Source of the DNA: Octopus sinensis
Taxonomy: Eukaryota
NCBI RefSeq assembly: GCF_006345805.1
Contig: NC_043011.1
Span: 35,662,464-35,726,463, forward strand
Direction: 5' to 3'
DNA: 64,000 nucleotides
A program made the position numbers and the translations under genes. The notes below the pieces were generated by a model. It was given only the letters and a program-made list of their open reading frames with translations, had not been told where the DNA came from and did not search any database. Shown here piece after piece: positions 1-13,259 of this stretch (its first letter is position 1; each line of letters begins with the position of its first letter).

Positions 1-1444
1 ACTCGGCAATGAGATATCAACAAACATCAGACACAACTGATTATGACTGATATAGCAGAGATGATATAGATCAATCACGAAAAGTTGTATAGGTAAGTCT
101 TAGCGAAGTCACAAAAGACATACATAAGTATATGGTTATGCCTCAGTGACTAGGAGCAAAAAAGAAAAATAATGTTTTTAATGATTAAAATAAGATGAAT
201 GAAGACAATACAAGACAATAGAGAAATGTACTATACAAGAAAAGAAAGGAAATGTAGTATTAGTGTTTGCTTAAACTGTTGTTCTTGAGCAAATGGGAAG
301 AATAGCAGAAAGTTGGGAAACTGATGTGTTTGCTTTATATTCTCTAGATTAGTGGTTCAACAAATAGTGATCAATGAAATAAGCACAAAACTAAAAAAAT
401 ATACCTTGGTCAATATGACCAATTAAAACACTATTGAAGGCAGTGTCCCAGTATGACCACAGCCTAATGGTAGAAGCTAGCAAAAGTAAAAAAGGGTACA
501 CGATGAGATGATTTGTGCTAGAAAGTTCAGTCCCTCCAACAACTAAAGTCAAAGTGACAGATCAAACTTCTGATGAGAGAAACGATTATTTTTTCATCTG
601 TTTTATGTAACACAATCTACAGACAATGCTCTATGATTACTGATGATTCTGGTGAAGGTTTATATAAAGAAAAATAATACAGAACACTAAGAAATAACAA
701 AAAAAAAGAAGAGAAAAATAAAAGAATAAGTTGATAATAGCAGGATTTTGACTTAGAATAGAATTGGCTTATTATAAATAATGCATGGCATTTAGCCCAG
801 TGTGATATCATTTTATCACACTTCACTCAATAAATATTATCATTTATTCAACTTTTGTGGCAGTATTAAAGAGAAAGGTTTGCCATCTTTTAACCCTTTA
901 GTTTGGACTTAGTTCCAAAGTCAATCTGTTGCCAGTTAAGTAAATGTAATTTGATATTCAGCTATCTTCTCTGCAAAGCAAATGAAAATCTGATTAACTT
1001 ATTTCGTTTTATACACATAAGGGAAAAAAAAATAATAGATGTTGTAAACAGAAACATATACACATTAACGCAAATATATTTATGTATTCGTATGCATACA
1101 CACACACACATATATTAATATACGTGTATGCACATCTGTGTGTGTATGTGCATAAATATATACATACATACATACTTACATAGATACATACCTATATACA
1201 TATGTATATATGTATATATGTATATATATGTATGTATATTTATAGCTAGATAGAAAGATATAAATAGATAGATATAGATATATATACACATACACACATA
1301 CATGAATATAAATATATACATAGACATATATATAGCTGGAAAAAGAAAGATTAAAAACAATACTTATACATGTATAAAACTGAAATAATGAAACATATAC
1401 ATACATACAAGCATAATATATGCATGCGGGTATGTATGTGTGTG

Positions 1445-1482
<38 letters not shown>

Positions 1483-1824
1483 TGTATGAGTGACTTCATC
1501 TTTATGTATGTATATGATGTATATTACATTATTGTAATAACAAACACTAACGTCAGCAGAAACAATTATTGCAATAAGCTTCGTTCCTATAAGAAAAATT
1601 ATAAAAAAAACAAAACAACAGCAAAAAAACTAAAAAGCACCATTTTACAGTGCAATAAAAAACAAAAATATTACGAGGAACATAATTGTAATGCATACAT
1701 ATTTGTTTTTATGAACTCAGAGTCTATGAAGGGAAATAACATTTCAATACAATATACATATTTACAGCATCAATGTAAAATAATTAGAGTCACTGAGACT
1801 GTTTTTTTTAATTTCTAATCTATA

Positions 1825-1855
<31 letters not shown>

Positions 1856-2088
1856 GCACACACATCCCATACATGCACATGCACACACGCACACATGAAC
1901 CATCTTTTATATTTACTATGGTTTTTAACATTATCATTTCAACATTGTGTTCTTCCATAATTATGCATTCCTCTGAGTATTTGATCTGTTCTGTTTGTCT
2001 GTCTATGCGTTTATCTTCCTAGTGATCTCTGTATTTGCTTCTCTGTCTGTTTGTCTGTCTGCCCATCCGTCTGTCTGTCTGTCTGCCC

Positions 2089-2166
<78 letters not shown>

Positions 2167-2251
2167 TTATCTACCTACCTGTTTCTCTGTGTGCATGTGT
2201 ACGTGTGTTTTGCGTGTGTGTGTCTATGAATATATATGTATATATATATAC

Positions 2252-2302
<51 letters not shown>

Positions 2303-2432
2303 TCTGTGTGTATGTGTGTGTGCGTGTGTGGATATGGGGGACACTTGTACACCCTCATGCACACACATACACACACACACACAGAGAAACACACAGAGAC
2401 TGAGAGAGAGAATAAAGAGAGGTAGATAATTA

Positions 2433-2465
<33 letters not shown>

Positions 2466-2697
2466 GTATATATGTGATATATGTATATATACGTAGATAT
2501 GTATGCGTGTATATATATGTGTATATATATATATACTATATCTACATAAATACCTATGCACGTATTTATATATACATTTATATGTATTTACGTATGCACA
2601 TACACACAAAGTTTTTGTGTGGGAAAAACATAACCAATATATATGTATATATATATATGTATGTATATGTATGTGTATATATATATATGTGTATGTG

Positions 2698-2755
<58 letters not shown>

Positions 2756-3269
2756 ATATATATATATATATTTATTTATTTATTTATTTACATAAATATA
2801 TATTTACAATCGAATCAAAAGTAACTGAAGTCAAGTGAATATGGCTTCAGTCTTTCAAATGCCATTCACAAACATTTCAAATATTTGGAAACTGTTTGAA
2901 CTCTAAAATATTTATTTGTGTGTCGTTTATTAGATGGGTTAGTGAGAGACAGAGAGAGAGAGAAAGAGAGAGAGAGAAAGAGAGAGAGAGAAATGGTGTT
3001 ATGTGATTGTGGGTGAGGAATAAGAAACTATTATGTTTTGTTTGTTTATTTTTTAAAACTACTTTAATAATAATAGCTGTTTGTTTATATTTATTGTATT
3101 TCATTTAAATAAAATAATTTATTTTCCACACATATTTTTTTTTGCTTTACAAAAACACAAATCAAGAACAATTTTATGCTAACAACAGTCAATAGTGAAT
3201 GTTAGAATCAACTATTTGTTTCAGATTTCAACGTGTATTTAGTGAAGCTGATGCAAAAATACAACAAAG

Positions 3270-3304
<35 letters not shown>

Positions 3305-3407
3305 TAAAATAAAATAAAACAACAACAAAAAAAAAACTTTGAAATCACAGAAGTAAAGAACAAAGAAATAAAGGAACAAAAATACAAAACAAAGAACCAA
3401 CCAACAA

Positions 3408-3450
3408 ACCAATAATAATAATAATAATAATAATAAAAATAATAATAGTG

Positions 3451-3491
<41 letters not shown>

Positions 3492-3577
3492 CATAATAAC
3501 GACAACTATAATGATAATAATAATAATAAAATCACATAAAATCACAAAATACAAATCAAAGAACCAACCAACAAACC

Positions 3578-3618
<41 letters not shown>

Positions 3619-3739
3619 TGATGATGATAATAATAATAATAATGATAATAATAATAATAATAATAATACAAATAGTAATAATAATAATGATAATAATAAT
3701 AATAATAATAATGATAATAATATAATAATAATAATAATA

Positions 3740-3774
<35 letters not shown>

Positions 3775-3775
3775 T
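3408..3775. repeat. Long imperfect (AAT)n tract, representative of dozens of (TA)n, (CA)n, (TATG)n, (ATCT)n and (AAT)n microsatellites
   Basis: Directly visible. Confidence 0.95.
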
Positions 3776-4392
3776 ATAAAAATTGGTGGTGTCAAAACGA
3801 AGACAAACTATTCATTTGATGGATTGTCTGTCGAATTTTGCTCTCAACTTAAAATCCTTGAAATAATAGAAAAAGAAAAAAATGTTAAGAAAGAAAAACA
3901 AAGCAACAAAGAAAAAAAAAGAAAAAAACCCAATAATAACAAATAAATAGAAAGAGTGTAACGAAAATGAAAAATACAATTATATGAGGAAACAACAAGA
4001 AAAGCGAACAGATTTTAATCAAGGGAGACAGTTATACAAGAATAAAATCTATAATATCTTTTAACAATAATATTGACAAAGCAAATCAATATTAGCAAGA
4101 AAAATTTATGATAAAATCTGATCAAAAGTTGTCTTGGCCAAATAGATAACTTTAATGGATGATGTTTGACAATAGATTGTGTGTATATATATATATATAT
4201 ATGTACATTCATCCACACACACACACACATCGATAAATCTAACATACACAGGCACAGGCACACACAGACATAGATATGATATACATGTACACATAAATTC
4301 CTTCTATGTATGTACATATGTATAATGGTGATTGTGCTTGTATGTATATGTTGTTTGTATGTTTTTGTGTATGTGTGTATACATGTATATAT

Positions 4393-4436
<44 letters not shown>

Positions 4437-4465
4437 GTATGTATGTATGTACATATGTTGAGTGA

Positions 4466-4508
<43 letters not shown>

Positions 4509-5607
4509 CATATGTTGAGTGCATGTATATTTGTGTGTGTATATATATTGTGTGTGTGTGCGTGTGTGGATGTACATAAATATGCAGGTGTGCAGATATG
4601 TCATCACATAGGTGTGATTGCATGTATGTATCTATATGTACAGTAGCTGTGTATCAGTACATATGTATATACATACATATTACGTATGTACAAATGTATG
4701 TTTATACATGTGAGTGTATGTGTATAGCTTTGTGGATATCTGTATATCCGAGGTTAGAAGTTTGTGTAAATGTTTAGCCATATGTATAGGTTTATGGCTA
4801 TATGCACGTTTGAATCTATTTGTGTATATATGTAAATAAAAGTGTGTGTATAACCCCCTCTTTCTCTCTCTCTCTCTCTTTCAATATATATAATATATAT
4901 GCATATGCATGTGTGTATGGCATTATATATTTGCATAAAAATCTATTAATAGAAATTAACAGTTGGAAAAAAAGCAGAAATTTCAAAAATTTGATGTGAC
5001 TGATTATTTGTTTATACATGTCACATATTATTTTATTTTCCACTCATAACAATTTGGTCTTAACATACAATTCTATACATATTTTCTATCACAGAACCAT
5101 CGCTTTGTGCCACCTATTTCACTAAAAGCAGAAAGCTTCAGATTAAATGATTGAAACCGGAAATTAAATATGGAACAAACATTTGAATCAGGTTAAAAAA
5201 CATAATTTCATATTTTTAAAAACCTCCCTTTTAGCTTCTATATTTGATAATAATTAGATTGATAGCATTACTGACAATAAAGATTTCAATAAAGGATTTA
5301 ATTTCTGTTCATATAGACTGGATTTGTAATAAGAGGGACACATACTTCTGTGCTGTAGGGTATAATATTCTTATCTCTTAGACCACTGATCCTTCTACAT
5401 TTGTATTTATATTTTTAGGTTCTTTAAATTCATCTCTCAGTAGAGGAACCATACTGAGCTGATTCCAACAGTGGACTTATAGATTAGAATATTGGTATTC
5501 ATTGTATGTGGTGTTTCTTTGATTTCCTTTGTAAAGCTTTCCATTGTGGTTCTCTAACAATTATTGAAATGCCCTTTCATAGAATTTATATAGTTTTTCT
5601 TTCTTGG

Positions 5608-5642
<35 letters not shown>

Positions 5643-5699
5643 GTTATTTCTGACTTGGATATTTCTCTTCTCATTAAGGGCTTTTGATGTCATTCCATC

Positions 5700-5830
5700 T
5701 ATTCTTGCAATTTATTTGTGGGAGGTCTTATAAAGGAATTTCTTGTGTTTTTCGATATAAAGGGAAAAATGAGAAAATTCTTAAGGATCAGAATAAAGCA
5801 ACATCGGGAAAACGTTAATGAGAAGATAAA
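5700..5830 (+). mobile_element. Possible decayed Penelope-like GIY-YIG endonuclease fragment
   Basis: CGRSYKG..RKFLRIRIKQHRENV resembles C..YIGET.R.L..RIKEH. Frameshifted. Confidence 0.35.
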
Positions 5831-6387
5831 TACCAAAGTCATGAACAGAGGGATATATATGGTCCCAAAAGGAAGATCACATCATCTACAATTAAGAGGC
5901 AGAGAAATGGTAAGTGATTTTAGTGTACCATACAAAATGCCATACAGTATTCACTCCAGCTCCTTTGGTTACGAGTTCAAATACCACCAAGACTGACAGC
6001 TTGGTTGCCATTAGTGGAGTCAATTCTGGAGCAAGAACTCAAACATGGTTTCTGCTTTGAAGATACTTTTGTCCATCCATCCCTTTCACCAATCTCAGAG
6101 GCCCAGTAAAGGGTCATGTTCACAGACTACCTTCCTAACCAAGCAATGGCAAAAGCTCCATGATGGAAACATAGAAGAATTAAAGATGCGGCACATATAG
6201 GGCCAGCTGACAACCCAATCAGAAAGCACATTGTTGATATCAGCTTCATATAGCTGACTCGCAACTTCCTAGTATTTTTCTCTTGATTTTTTTTCATTCT
6301 CTGCCATATTGCGCATCACTCTGCCTTTGAATGGTTGCATTGACATGGAAGTTATGTTCTTGATTATCCTCATATTGCATTATTGGA

Positions 6388-6630
6388 AAGAGAGAGTGGG
6401 GTAGAAGAGGGAGAAGGAGAGAGAAGGAGGGTAGGGAGAGAGAGGTAGAGGAGAGAAGGAGAGGGAGAAGTGGGGAGAAGAGAGAGAGAGAAGAGAAGAG
6501 AGAAGAAGAGGGGGGAGAGGAGAGAGGGAGAGAGAAGGAGGGTACGAAGAGAGGGATAGAGGAGAGAAGGAGATGGAGAAGTGGAGAGAGGAGAGAGGGA
6601 GAAAGAGAGAGAGAAAGAGAGAGAGAAAGA
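6388..6630. repeat. ~240-bp polypurine (GA-rich) tract
   Basis: Almost exclusively G/A on the plus strand. Confidence 0.9.
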
Positions 6631-6891
6631 AAGAAAGAGTTGAGAGTTGAGAGAATTTTTGGTTGGTACTTGATTAATTGATCCTGGAAGAATGGAAAGC
6701 AAAGCTGGCCTTGAGCATAATTTGAACCTGGAACACTAAGAGTAGGAAGAGACAGCAGAAGGTACACTGAATAGCACTCTAATGTTATTGCAAGATGAAG
6801 AAAGGAAGGTTGTCAGGTAACACAGGTGACCTGGTATGTATTGCCCTTAATTTATAAAGGAAGCTTTCAGGTAAAATTCCGAATAGCACTC

Positions 6892-7107
6892 TATTACTCT
6901 TTTACTCTTTTACTTGTTTCAGTCATTTGATTGTGGCCATGCTAGAGCTCCACCTTTAGTTGAGCAAATCGACCCCAGGACTTATTCTTTGTAAGCCTAG
7001 TACATATTCTATCGGTCTCTTTTGCCGAACCGCTAAGTTATGGGGACGTAAACACACCAGCATGGTTGTCAAGCGATGTTGGGGGACAAACACAGACACA
7101 CAAGCAT

Positions 7108-7138
<31 letters not shown>

Positions 7139-7312
7139 CACATATATACGATGGGCTTCTTTCAGTTTCCATCTACCAAATCCACTCACAAGGCTTTGGT
7201 CAGCCTGAGGCTATAGTAGAAGACACTTGCCCAAGGTGCCATGCAGTGGGAATGAACCCAGAACCATGTGGTTGGTAAGCAAGGTACCTACCACAAAGCC
7301 ACTCCTACGCCT
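6892..7312 (-). mobile_element. tRNA-derived SINE family A, full length (about 420 bp, internal microsatellite, AGTAAAAG tail)
   Basis: Head GGCGCAGGAGTGGCTGTGTGGTAAG..GGTTC box, CORE-like ccttgggcaagtgtctt, more than 15 copies in the window. Confidence 0.85.
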
Positions 7313-7969
7313 ATATACATATTCGTGAGTATGAGCACCAAATGATTGATATTTCATGTATCAGTCATGTATCACACTGACTGATACATGGAGTAGGTGT
7401 AAACCATTATCATCATCATCATTTAATGTCCCATTTCCATGCTGGCATGGGTTGGACTGTTCGACAGGAGTCGGCCAACCAGAGAGCTGCATCAGGCTTT
7501 GGTTATCTGTTTTGGTATGATTTCTACAGCTGGATGCTCTTCCTAATGCCAACCATTTTACAGAGAGTACTTGGCGCTTTTTACGTGGCACCTGCACCAG
7601 TGGTGTTATGTGGAACCAGCAGTGGTGCTTTTTGCACAACACTGGCATGGCTGCTCTTATGTGGCATCAGCATGGGTGCTTCTTTATGTGACACTGGCAT
7701 GAAACTTAAACGTGGCACTGGTATAGATGCTTTTTATGTGGCACCAACACGTATCATCTTAGAGATGAGATTAATAATCTGGAAAATTACAGTCTTAAAA
7801 ACAATAACTACTCCAGACTTTTATACATATTAAGTCTAATTATTATTGCTTAATTAATCTATTTATCAAAGAATTATGGAAATGTAATGTAATAATAACA
7901 CAAAAAATATCTCATCCAACATTGTGCTATGTTCCTATTTGCCAGTCACCAGACTTCTTAGCCAAAACT

Positions 7970-8385
7970 AGTGGCTGTGTGGTAAGTAGTTTGCTTACCA
8001 ACCACATGGTTCCGGGTTCATTCCCACTGCGTGGCACCTTGAGCAAGTGTCTTCTACAATAGCATTGGGCCGACCAAAGCCTTGTGAGTGAATTTGGTAG
8101 ACGGAAAGAAGCCTATCGTATATATGTATATAGATATATATGTGTGTGTGTGTATATGTTTGTGTGTCTGCGTTTGTCCCCCCAGCATCGCATGACAACC
8201 GATGCTGGTGTGTTTACGTCCCTGTAACTTAGCGGTTCAGCAAAAGAGACCGATAGAATAAGTACTAGGCTTCCAAAGAATAAGTCCTGAGGTCGATTTG
8301 CTCGAACTAAAGGCGGTGCTGCAGCATGGCCGCAGTCAAATGACTGAAACAAGTAAAAGATAGTAAAGAGAGTAAAAGAGAGTAT
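7970..8385 (+). mobile_element. SINE family A copy
   Basis: Aligns end to end with the reverse complement of 6892-7312. Confidence 0.85.
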
Positions 8386-9067
8386 TCTATTTGGCCAAGA
8401 ATATAGAATATAGAAGAAACACAGCTGCTTCGAAAAGAGAAGTAGTAACAAGTATTTATGATAATCACAAGTAGTTTTAATTTGAAACATGATGTTCCAA
8501 TGTAAAGTTTATTTGTAATGACAAATCAATGAATCCTTGAATATTTCAACTAACATCACAAACATCCCAAATCACATATCAAATTAAATTGCAAAAGCTC
8601 ACGATAGTGTGGTTAATGTATTTGTCTTTCATTTCCTAATATTGCTAATGAGTATTTGATGTATCAGTCATCAACAGGTATGCATACTTAGTTCCCTTGC
8701 CTACCTAGGTGGAATGAGAGCTGGAAAATATAAACCAAATATATAATAGATCTCTGTTTTTTCTTCATCAAAGGAGAGAAAAAAGAAAAGAAAACAAAAA
8801 ACAACACAGTTTTTTTAAAAAACAAGTTTTAAATATTTAACTTCTAATGTCTACACAAACTTGGAAAGCAAAACAATTACAATAACAACAGCGGTGAAAA
8901 AAAAAATTAAATAAAAAAAAAAAAATTCAAGTAAATGACAATATAAAAGAAAAATAGACTTTTTGTAAATAAAAAATATTCTTCCATAGTTTTGAAATTA
9001 CGGTGTTAGTGAAAAGACTTTTGCCTTTTCTTTATAAAGGAACCTTTCAGTTCAAAGTCAGAATACT

Positions 9068-9345
9068 TGGTGACCCCCATCGGTCAGACACTGACCATGG
9101 TTTGCACCTAGAGAGTTACCCTCTGAGGCACAAGTCTGGGCAAGGTTGTTTTATGGAAGACCAGCAGTCGCCCATGCATACCGGCCTCCCCTCTCCACAT
9201 CACCGATGTTGTCCAAGGGAAAGGCAAGGGCCGATACAGCTTGGCACCTGTGACGTCGCAACTCATTTCTACAGCTGAGTGAACTGAAGCAACGTGAAAT
9301 AAAGTGTCTTGCTCAAGAACACAACACGCAGCCCGGTCCGGGACA
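9068..9345 (-). mobile_element. SINE family C (V-domain-like) copy with 9-bp TSD CAGAATACT
   Basis: TSD at about 9059 and 9344. Shares the cagctgagtg(a/g)actg..gcaacgtgaaataaagtgtcttgc block with other copies. Confidence 0.7.
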
Positions 9346-9499
9346 GAATACTACTACACACATATTTGTGAATATGATCACCAAATGATTGATATTCCAT
9401 GTATCAGTCATGTATCACACTGACTGATACATGGAGTAGATGTAAACGATTATCCTCATCATTTAACACCTCTTTTCCATGCTGGCATGGTCACTTGAA

Positions 9500-9830
9500 G
9501 GAAATAGGAAGAATGAGGTGTCTCCCCATGGAGGTTGGATGCAGGGCTTTTACAGCCCGTTCCCTGACCAGTGCTTTCAGCAGTTTGGGCATCGAGGGAG
9601 TGAAAAGGAGGAAGGGTAGCCACAGTACCACCGATGTGGCAGAGAAGGCCTCAAGATGGCTGTGGATCACAAGAGGAGAGCCATAAGGTAGATAGTTGGC
9701 CATCTGGACACAATCTGGGGTTTGATCAGCTCCAGCTGGGTCACTTGGAGGAAGGTGTATGATGTTGAAAGACCTGAAAGACCCAAGGATACCAGGCACA
9801 TCACTGAAGATGTGTCCAGATGCATCAGTC
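9500..9830 (+). mobile_element. 3' end of an RLE-class (HERO/NeSL-like) non-LTR retrotransposon with 3' UTR
   Basis: PMEVGCRAF..SL..LGIEG.KRR..AEKASRWLWITRGEP* (ORF 9399-9686) resembles the HERO-type C-terminus. Clade is assigned from memory. Confidence 0.6.
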
Positions 9831-10280
9831 ATTGATGTATGCACACAACAGTGGATAAATCTAAAGATCACAGGTTCTAACTTTGTCACTGGCAGGCATT
9901 GCTGCTTATCATGTCAGGCTATATGGTATCAAATTGTAATTCTACTTGATTGAAAAGTAACTTTATCAAACCAGATGCAAAATATGTCTTCAAAATCTAA
10001 TGAAAGAAAATTGAAGAATCATCAGCCCATGCTTGAAAAAAAAAATAAAATAAAAAATAAAAAATGGAGAGGAAAGAAATTTGTTTGAAGCAATGCAATC
10101 TGTAAATGATATAAATATTTCTAAGCAGACCTTTAAGCAATTGAGGGCAGAATACATAAGGACATAAAATGAGGCCAATAAATTAAAAATACAAGATATT
10201 GTATTACCTTCGATGGGTTAGTTAATGCTTCTATTATATTTCAAGAAGTGTTCCCTTTATCAAATATAAGATTAGAAGTT

Positions 10281-10457
10281 GGTGCAGGAGTGATTGTGTG
10301 GTAAGAAGCTTGCTTCCAAATCACATGGTTCCAGGGTTCAGTCTCACTGCGTGGCACCTTGGGTAAGTGTCTTCTACTATAGCCTTGGGGGTGACCAAAG
10401 CCTTGTGAGTGAATCTGGTAGACAGAAACTGAAAGAAGCCCATTGTATATACACACT

Positions 10458-10499
<42 letters not shown>

Positions 10500-10905
10500 T
10501 ATATATAGGGAGAATGCACAAAAAAACAAAAGACGAAGACAGGTGGTGTAGACAACAAACAGATGTATTAGTATAACGTTCAGGAAGTGAATAAGTCTTT
10601 AACCAGGTACACCCTACTAGGTTGCCAGTCCTCAGTCAAACCGTCAAACCCATGCCAGCATGGAAAGCGGACGTTAAATGACGACGATGATGATGATGAT
10701 GATGATGTATGTATTTGTGTGTTTGTGTCTTTGTACCCCCTACTGTCACTTGACAACCGATGTTGATGTGTTTACATCCCCGTAACAGCATTTTAGTAAA
10801 AGTGACTGATAGAATAAGTATTAGGCTTACAAAGAATAAGGCCGAGGGTCGACTTCTTCGACTAAAGGCGGTGCTCCAGCACGGCCACAGTCAAATGAAT
10901 GAAAC
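10281..10905 (+). mobile_element. SINE family A copy interrupted in its microsatellite by fragments of two other repeats (about 10505-10708)
   Basis: Head 10281-10460 and tail 10709-10905. The insert matches the reverse of the 56330-56460 family plus a family D tail. Confidence 0.7.
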
Positions 10906-11005
10906 ATGTTATACATTATCTTGTCTTTAAGACACAACAAGCCAGTCCAGTGCTCTGATCTCACCAAGCTTTACCATATCATCCTGGATCTTTCATGATC
11001 ACAGG

Positions 11006-11322
11006 CAGTGGCGGATTGGCTTTAAAAATATTGGTTGCCAGGAGACTAAGGCTCACTTGCAACTACAAGGGGGGGGGGCTACCTGCAGCTACAATGCTAT
11101 CATTTAATTTTTTTTTTTTTTGCTAAAATTATTCTTTTCAACTGTCTACAAACACATCCAGGCTGAGATAATTAATGCATTCTTCCAGGAGTGAATAAAA
11201 AATTCTCAAACTTGAGGGGATGGGCCCCTTAGATACTAACATGGGCCCCTATATATGGATTCTAATGGTGCAGGAGCCCACTTGCCATTGGGCAAGCTGG
11301 CAACCTGGCCAGTCCACCACTG
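11006..11322. mobile_element. hAT-like MITE
   Basis: CAGTGGCGGATTGGC ... GCCAGTCCACCACTG, flanked by ATCACAGG and ATTACAGA (6 of 8 match). Confidence 0.6.
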
Positions 11323-11607
11323 ATTACAGATACTTAACATTGAGGGCACATGATAGTTCTTCACACAGCAAGTAAATCCTATTCACATAACATTTTGGTA
11401 CTAAGCTAGGAAAACTATCAGAACAGAACATGTTTTTCCTTCATCATATGAAAAAAATAAAAGTGATTAAAAAAAGTAAACAAATTCTAAATAATTAACT
11501 TTAAACTTCTGCACAAACTTCAAAAGAATATATATAAACAACCAAAAATATGAAAAAAAAAATTAAGTAAAACAAATTCTTCTGTACATTATTTACATTA
11601 TTTACAG

Positions 11608-11676
11608 GCATATGTTGTAGTGGTTAAGAGCGCAGGCTACTAACTTCAAAATTCCGAGTTCAATTCCAGGCAGTGA

Positions 11677-11732
<56 letters not shown>

Positions 11733-11765
11733 TCGAAAAATACCTTAGGAATGAGAACCCAGGTT
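11608..11765 (+). mobile_element. Repeat family E: tRNA-like head plus (AAT)n plus start of hammerhead-bearing tail
   Basis: A-box and B-box-like head (tagtggttaagagcg..gagttcaattcc). The tail start matches the reverse of 15490-15530, and a reversed head lies at 16363-16432. Confidence 0.6.
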
Positions 11766-12110
11766 TTGTGCTTGTGTGTCTGTGTTTGTCCCCCTAACAT
11801 TGCTTGACAACCGATGCTGGTGTGTTTACATCCCCGTAACTTAGCGGTTCAGCAAAAGAGACTGATAGAATAAGTACTAGGCTTACAAAGAATAAGTACT
11901 GGGGTCGATTTGCCCGACTAAAGGCAGTGCTCCAGCATGGCCACAGTCAAATGCCTGAAACAAGTAAAAGAGTATCCACATGAGGGACTTCTTTCAGTTT
12001 CCGTCTACCAAATCTGCTCAGAAGGCTTTGGCTGGCTCGAGGCTATAGCAGGAGACATTTGCCCAAGGTGTCATGTGGTTGGGAAGCAAGCTTTTTACCA
12101 CATAGCCACT
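11766..12110. mobile_element. SINE family A tail (+) followed by an inverted family A head half (-)
   Basis: Tail 11766-11975 and reversed head 11985-12110. Confidence 0.7.
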
Positions 12111-13259
12111 TTAGTTTTTTAAGCTGAAATGTTTGGAAAGTTGAGCCAAACAGTAAAAAAATATCCATTGCCAAAATTTCATAGAAATTGACAGAATCAT
12201 TTGCATAATGCTTTATTATTCTGTTAATGTCTCACCATTTTCTTAGATCACATGTACTCTACAGAAATACAGATGATATGCTTATATTAACCCAGTAGAA
12301 TGGAGCAAGTAATTATTGTCTATGTGTAGTATCCCTTTTGTTGGTAATTTTCTAAATGTTATTTTGTTAAAGTGGTGTTTTGATTTTTTATCACATCAAT
12401 TGTTCTTCATTGATCGATTTTGCTATTACATCCGGCTTCTGTAGAGTGACACCTCTTTTCAATTGTTGTCTATGGCTAAATTGTATTGATTAGAATCGAA
12501 CAACAATGTAATGTATTGAGTCCTTGGCATGAAAGCACCAAGCAGTTAATGACACAGTCTTCGTATATGTAAATTAGGCATTATGAAAAGAGGGTTTGGT
12601 TTCCCCAGCTTTAAGATATAGGGGCAGAAGGTAATTAATACACATTCTGTTAGCTTACAGTATTGAGTTAAAATAAAAGGGCCAAGAAAAATAGAGGTAA
12701 AAAGCACTCTTATTTCAACCTGTTAAGGAAGCCTCTGTTAGGTCGCTTGAGAAACACAGCAGCCAAATCTCTTTTTTGAGTTATACCGACTCATAAGGAG
12801 CAATGTGAAAGGAAGTATTTTTCTCAAGACCACAGTGCATTGCCAGGTCCAGGAATTGAAGCCACAATCTTACGATCGTGAGTCCAACACCCTAACCATT
12901 AAGCCATGTACCTCCACAGACTCATAGGGCCAGTTTCCCCATTTCCATAACATATGTATTCCTCACTGGGATGAGACGCCAGTCCATAACAGGATTACTC
13001 ATTCTTGCCAGCTGAGTGGATTGGAGGAATGTGAAATGAAGTGTCTTGCGCAAGAACACAACATTGCTTGGTCCAGGATTTGAAACCACAATCTTACGAT
13101 CATGAGTCCAACACCCTAACCACTAAGCCATGCACCTCCACCCAGTAAGTCATACTCTGCTATTGTAGCAAAAGGAAGGATACAGTGGATAACATAGTTG
13201 AATGTATTCAATATTTGAAAACTTAATTTTTTTTATTATTATGGCTGGTTTAAGGATTA

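Noticed and set aside
568-590. CTGATGA-GA-GAAA hammerhead-like string (similar at 59340-59370 minus)
   Set aside because: No stem II and no supporting stem I or III.
1115-4646. Many Y/I/C/V/H/T-rich ORFs here and throughout the window
   Set aside because: Translations of (TA)n, (CA)n, (TATG)n and (AAT)n microsatellites.
5095-5154. Possible plus-strand terminal exon NHRFVPPISLKAESFRLND*
   Set aside because: Good acceptor, but no partner exon or other support within the window. Could be chance.
11608-11675. Functional tRNA gene (also other SINE heads)
   Set aside because: A and B boxes are present but there is no complete cloverleaf. They run into repeat bodies, so they are SINE heads.
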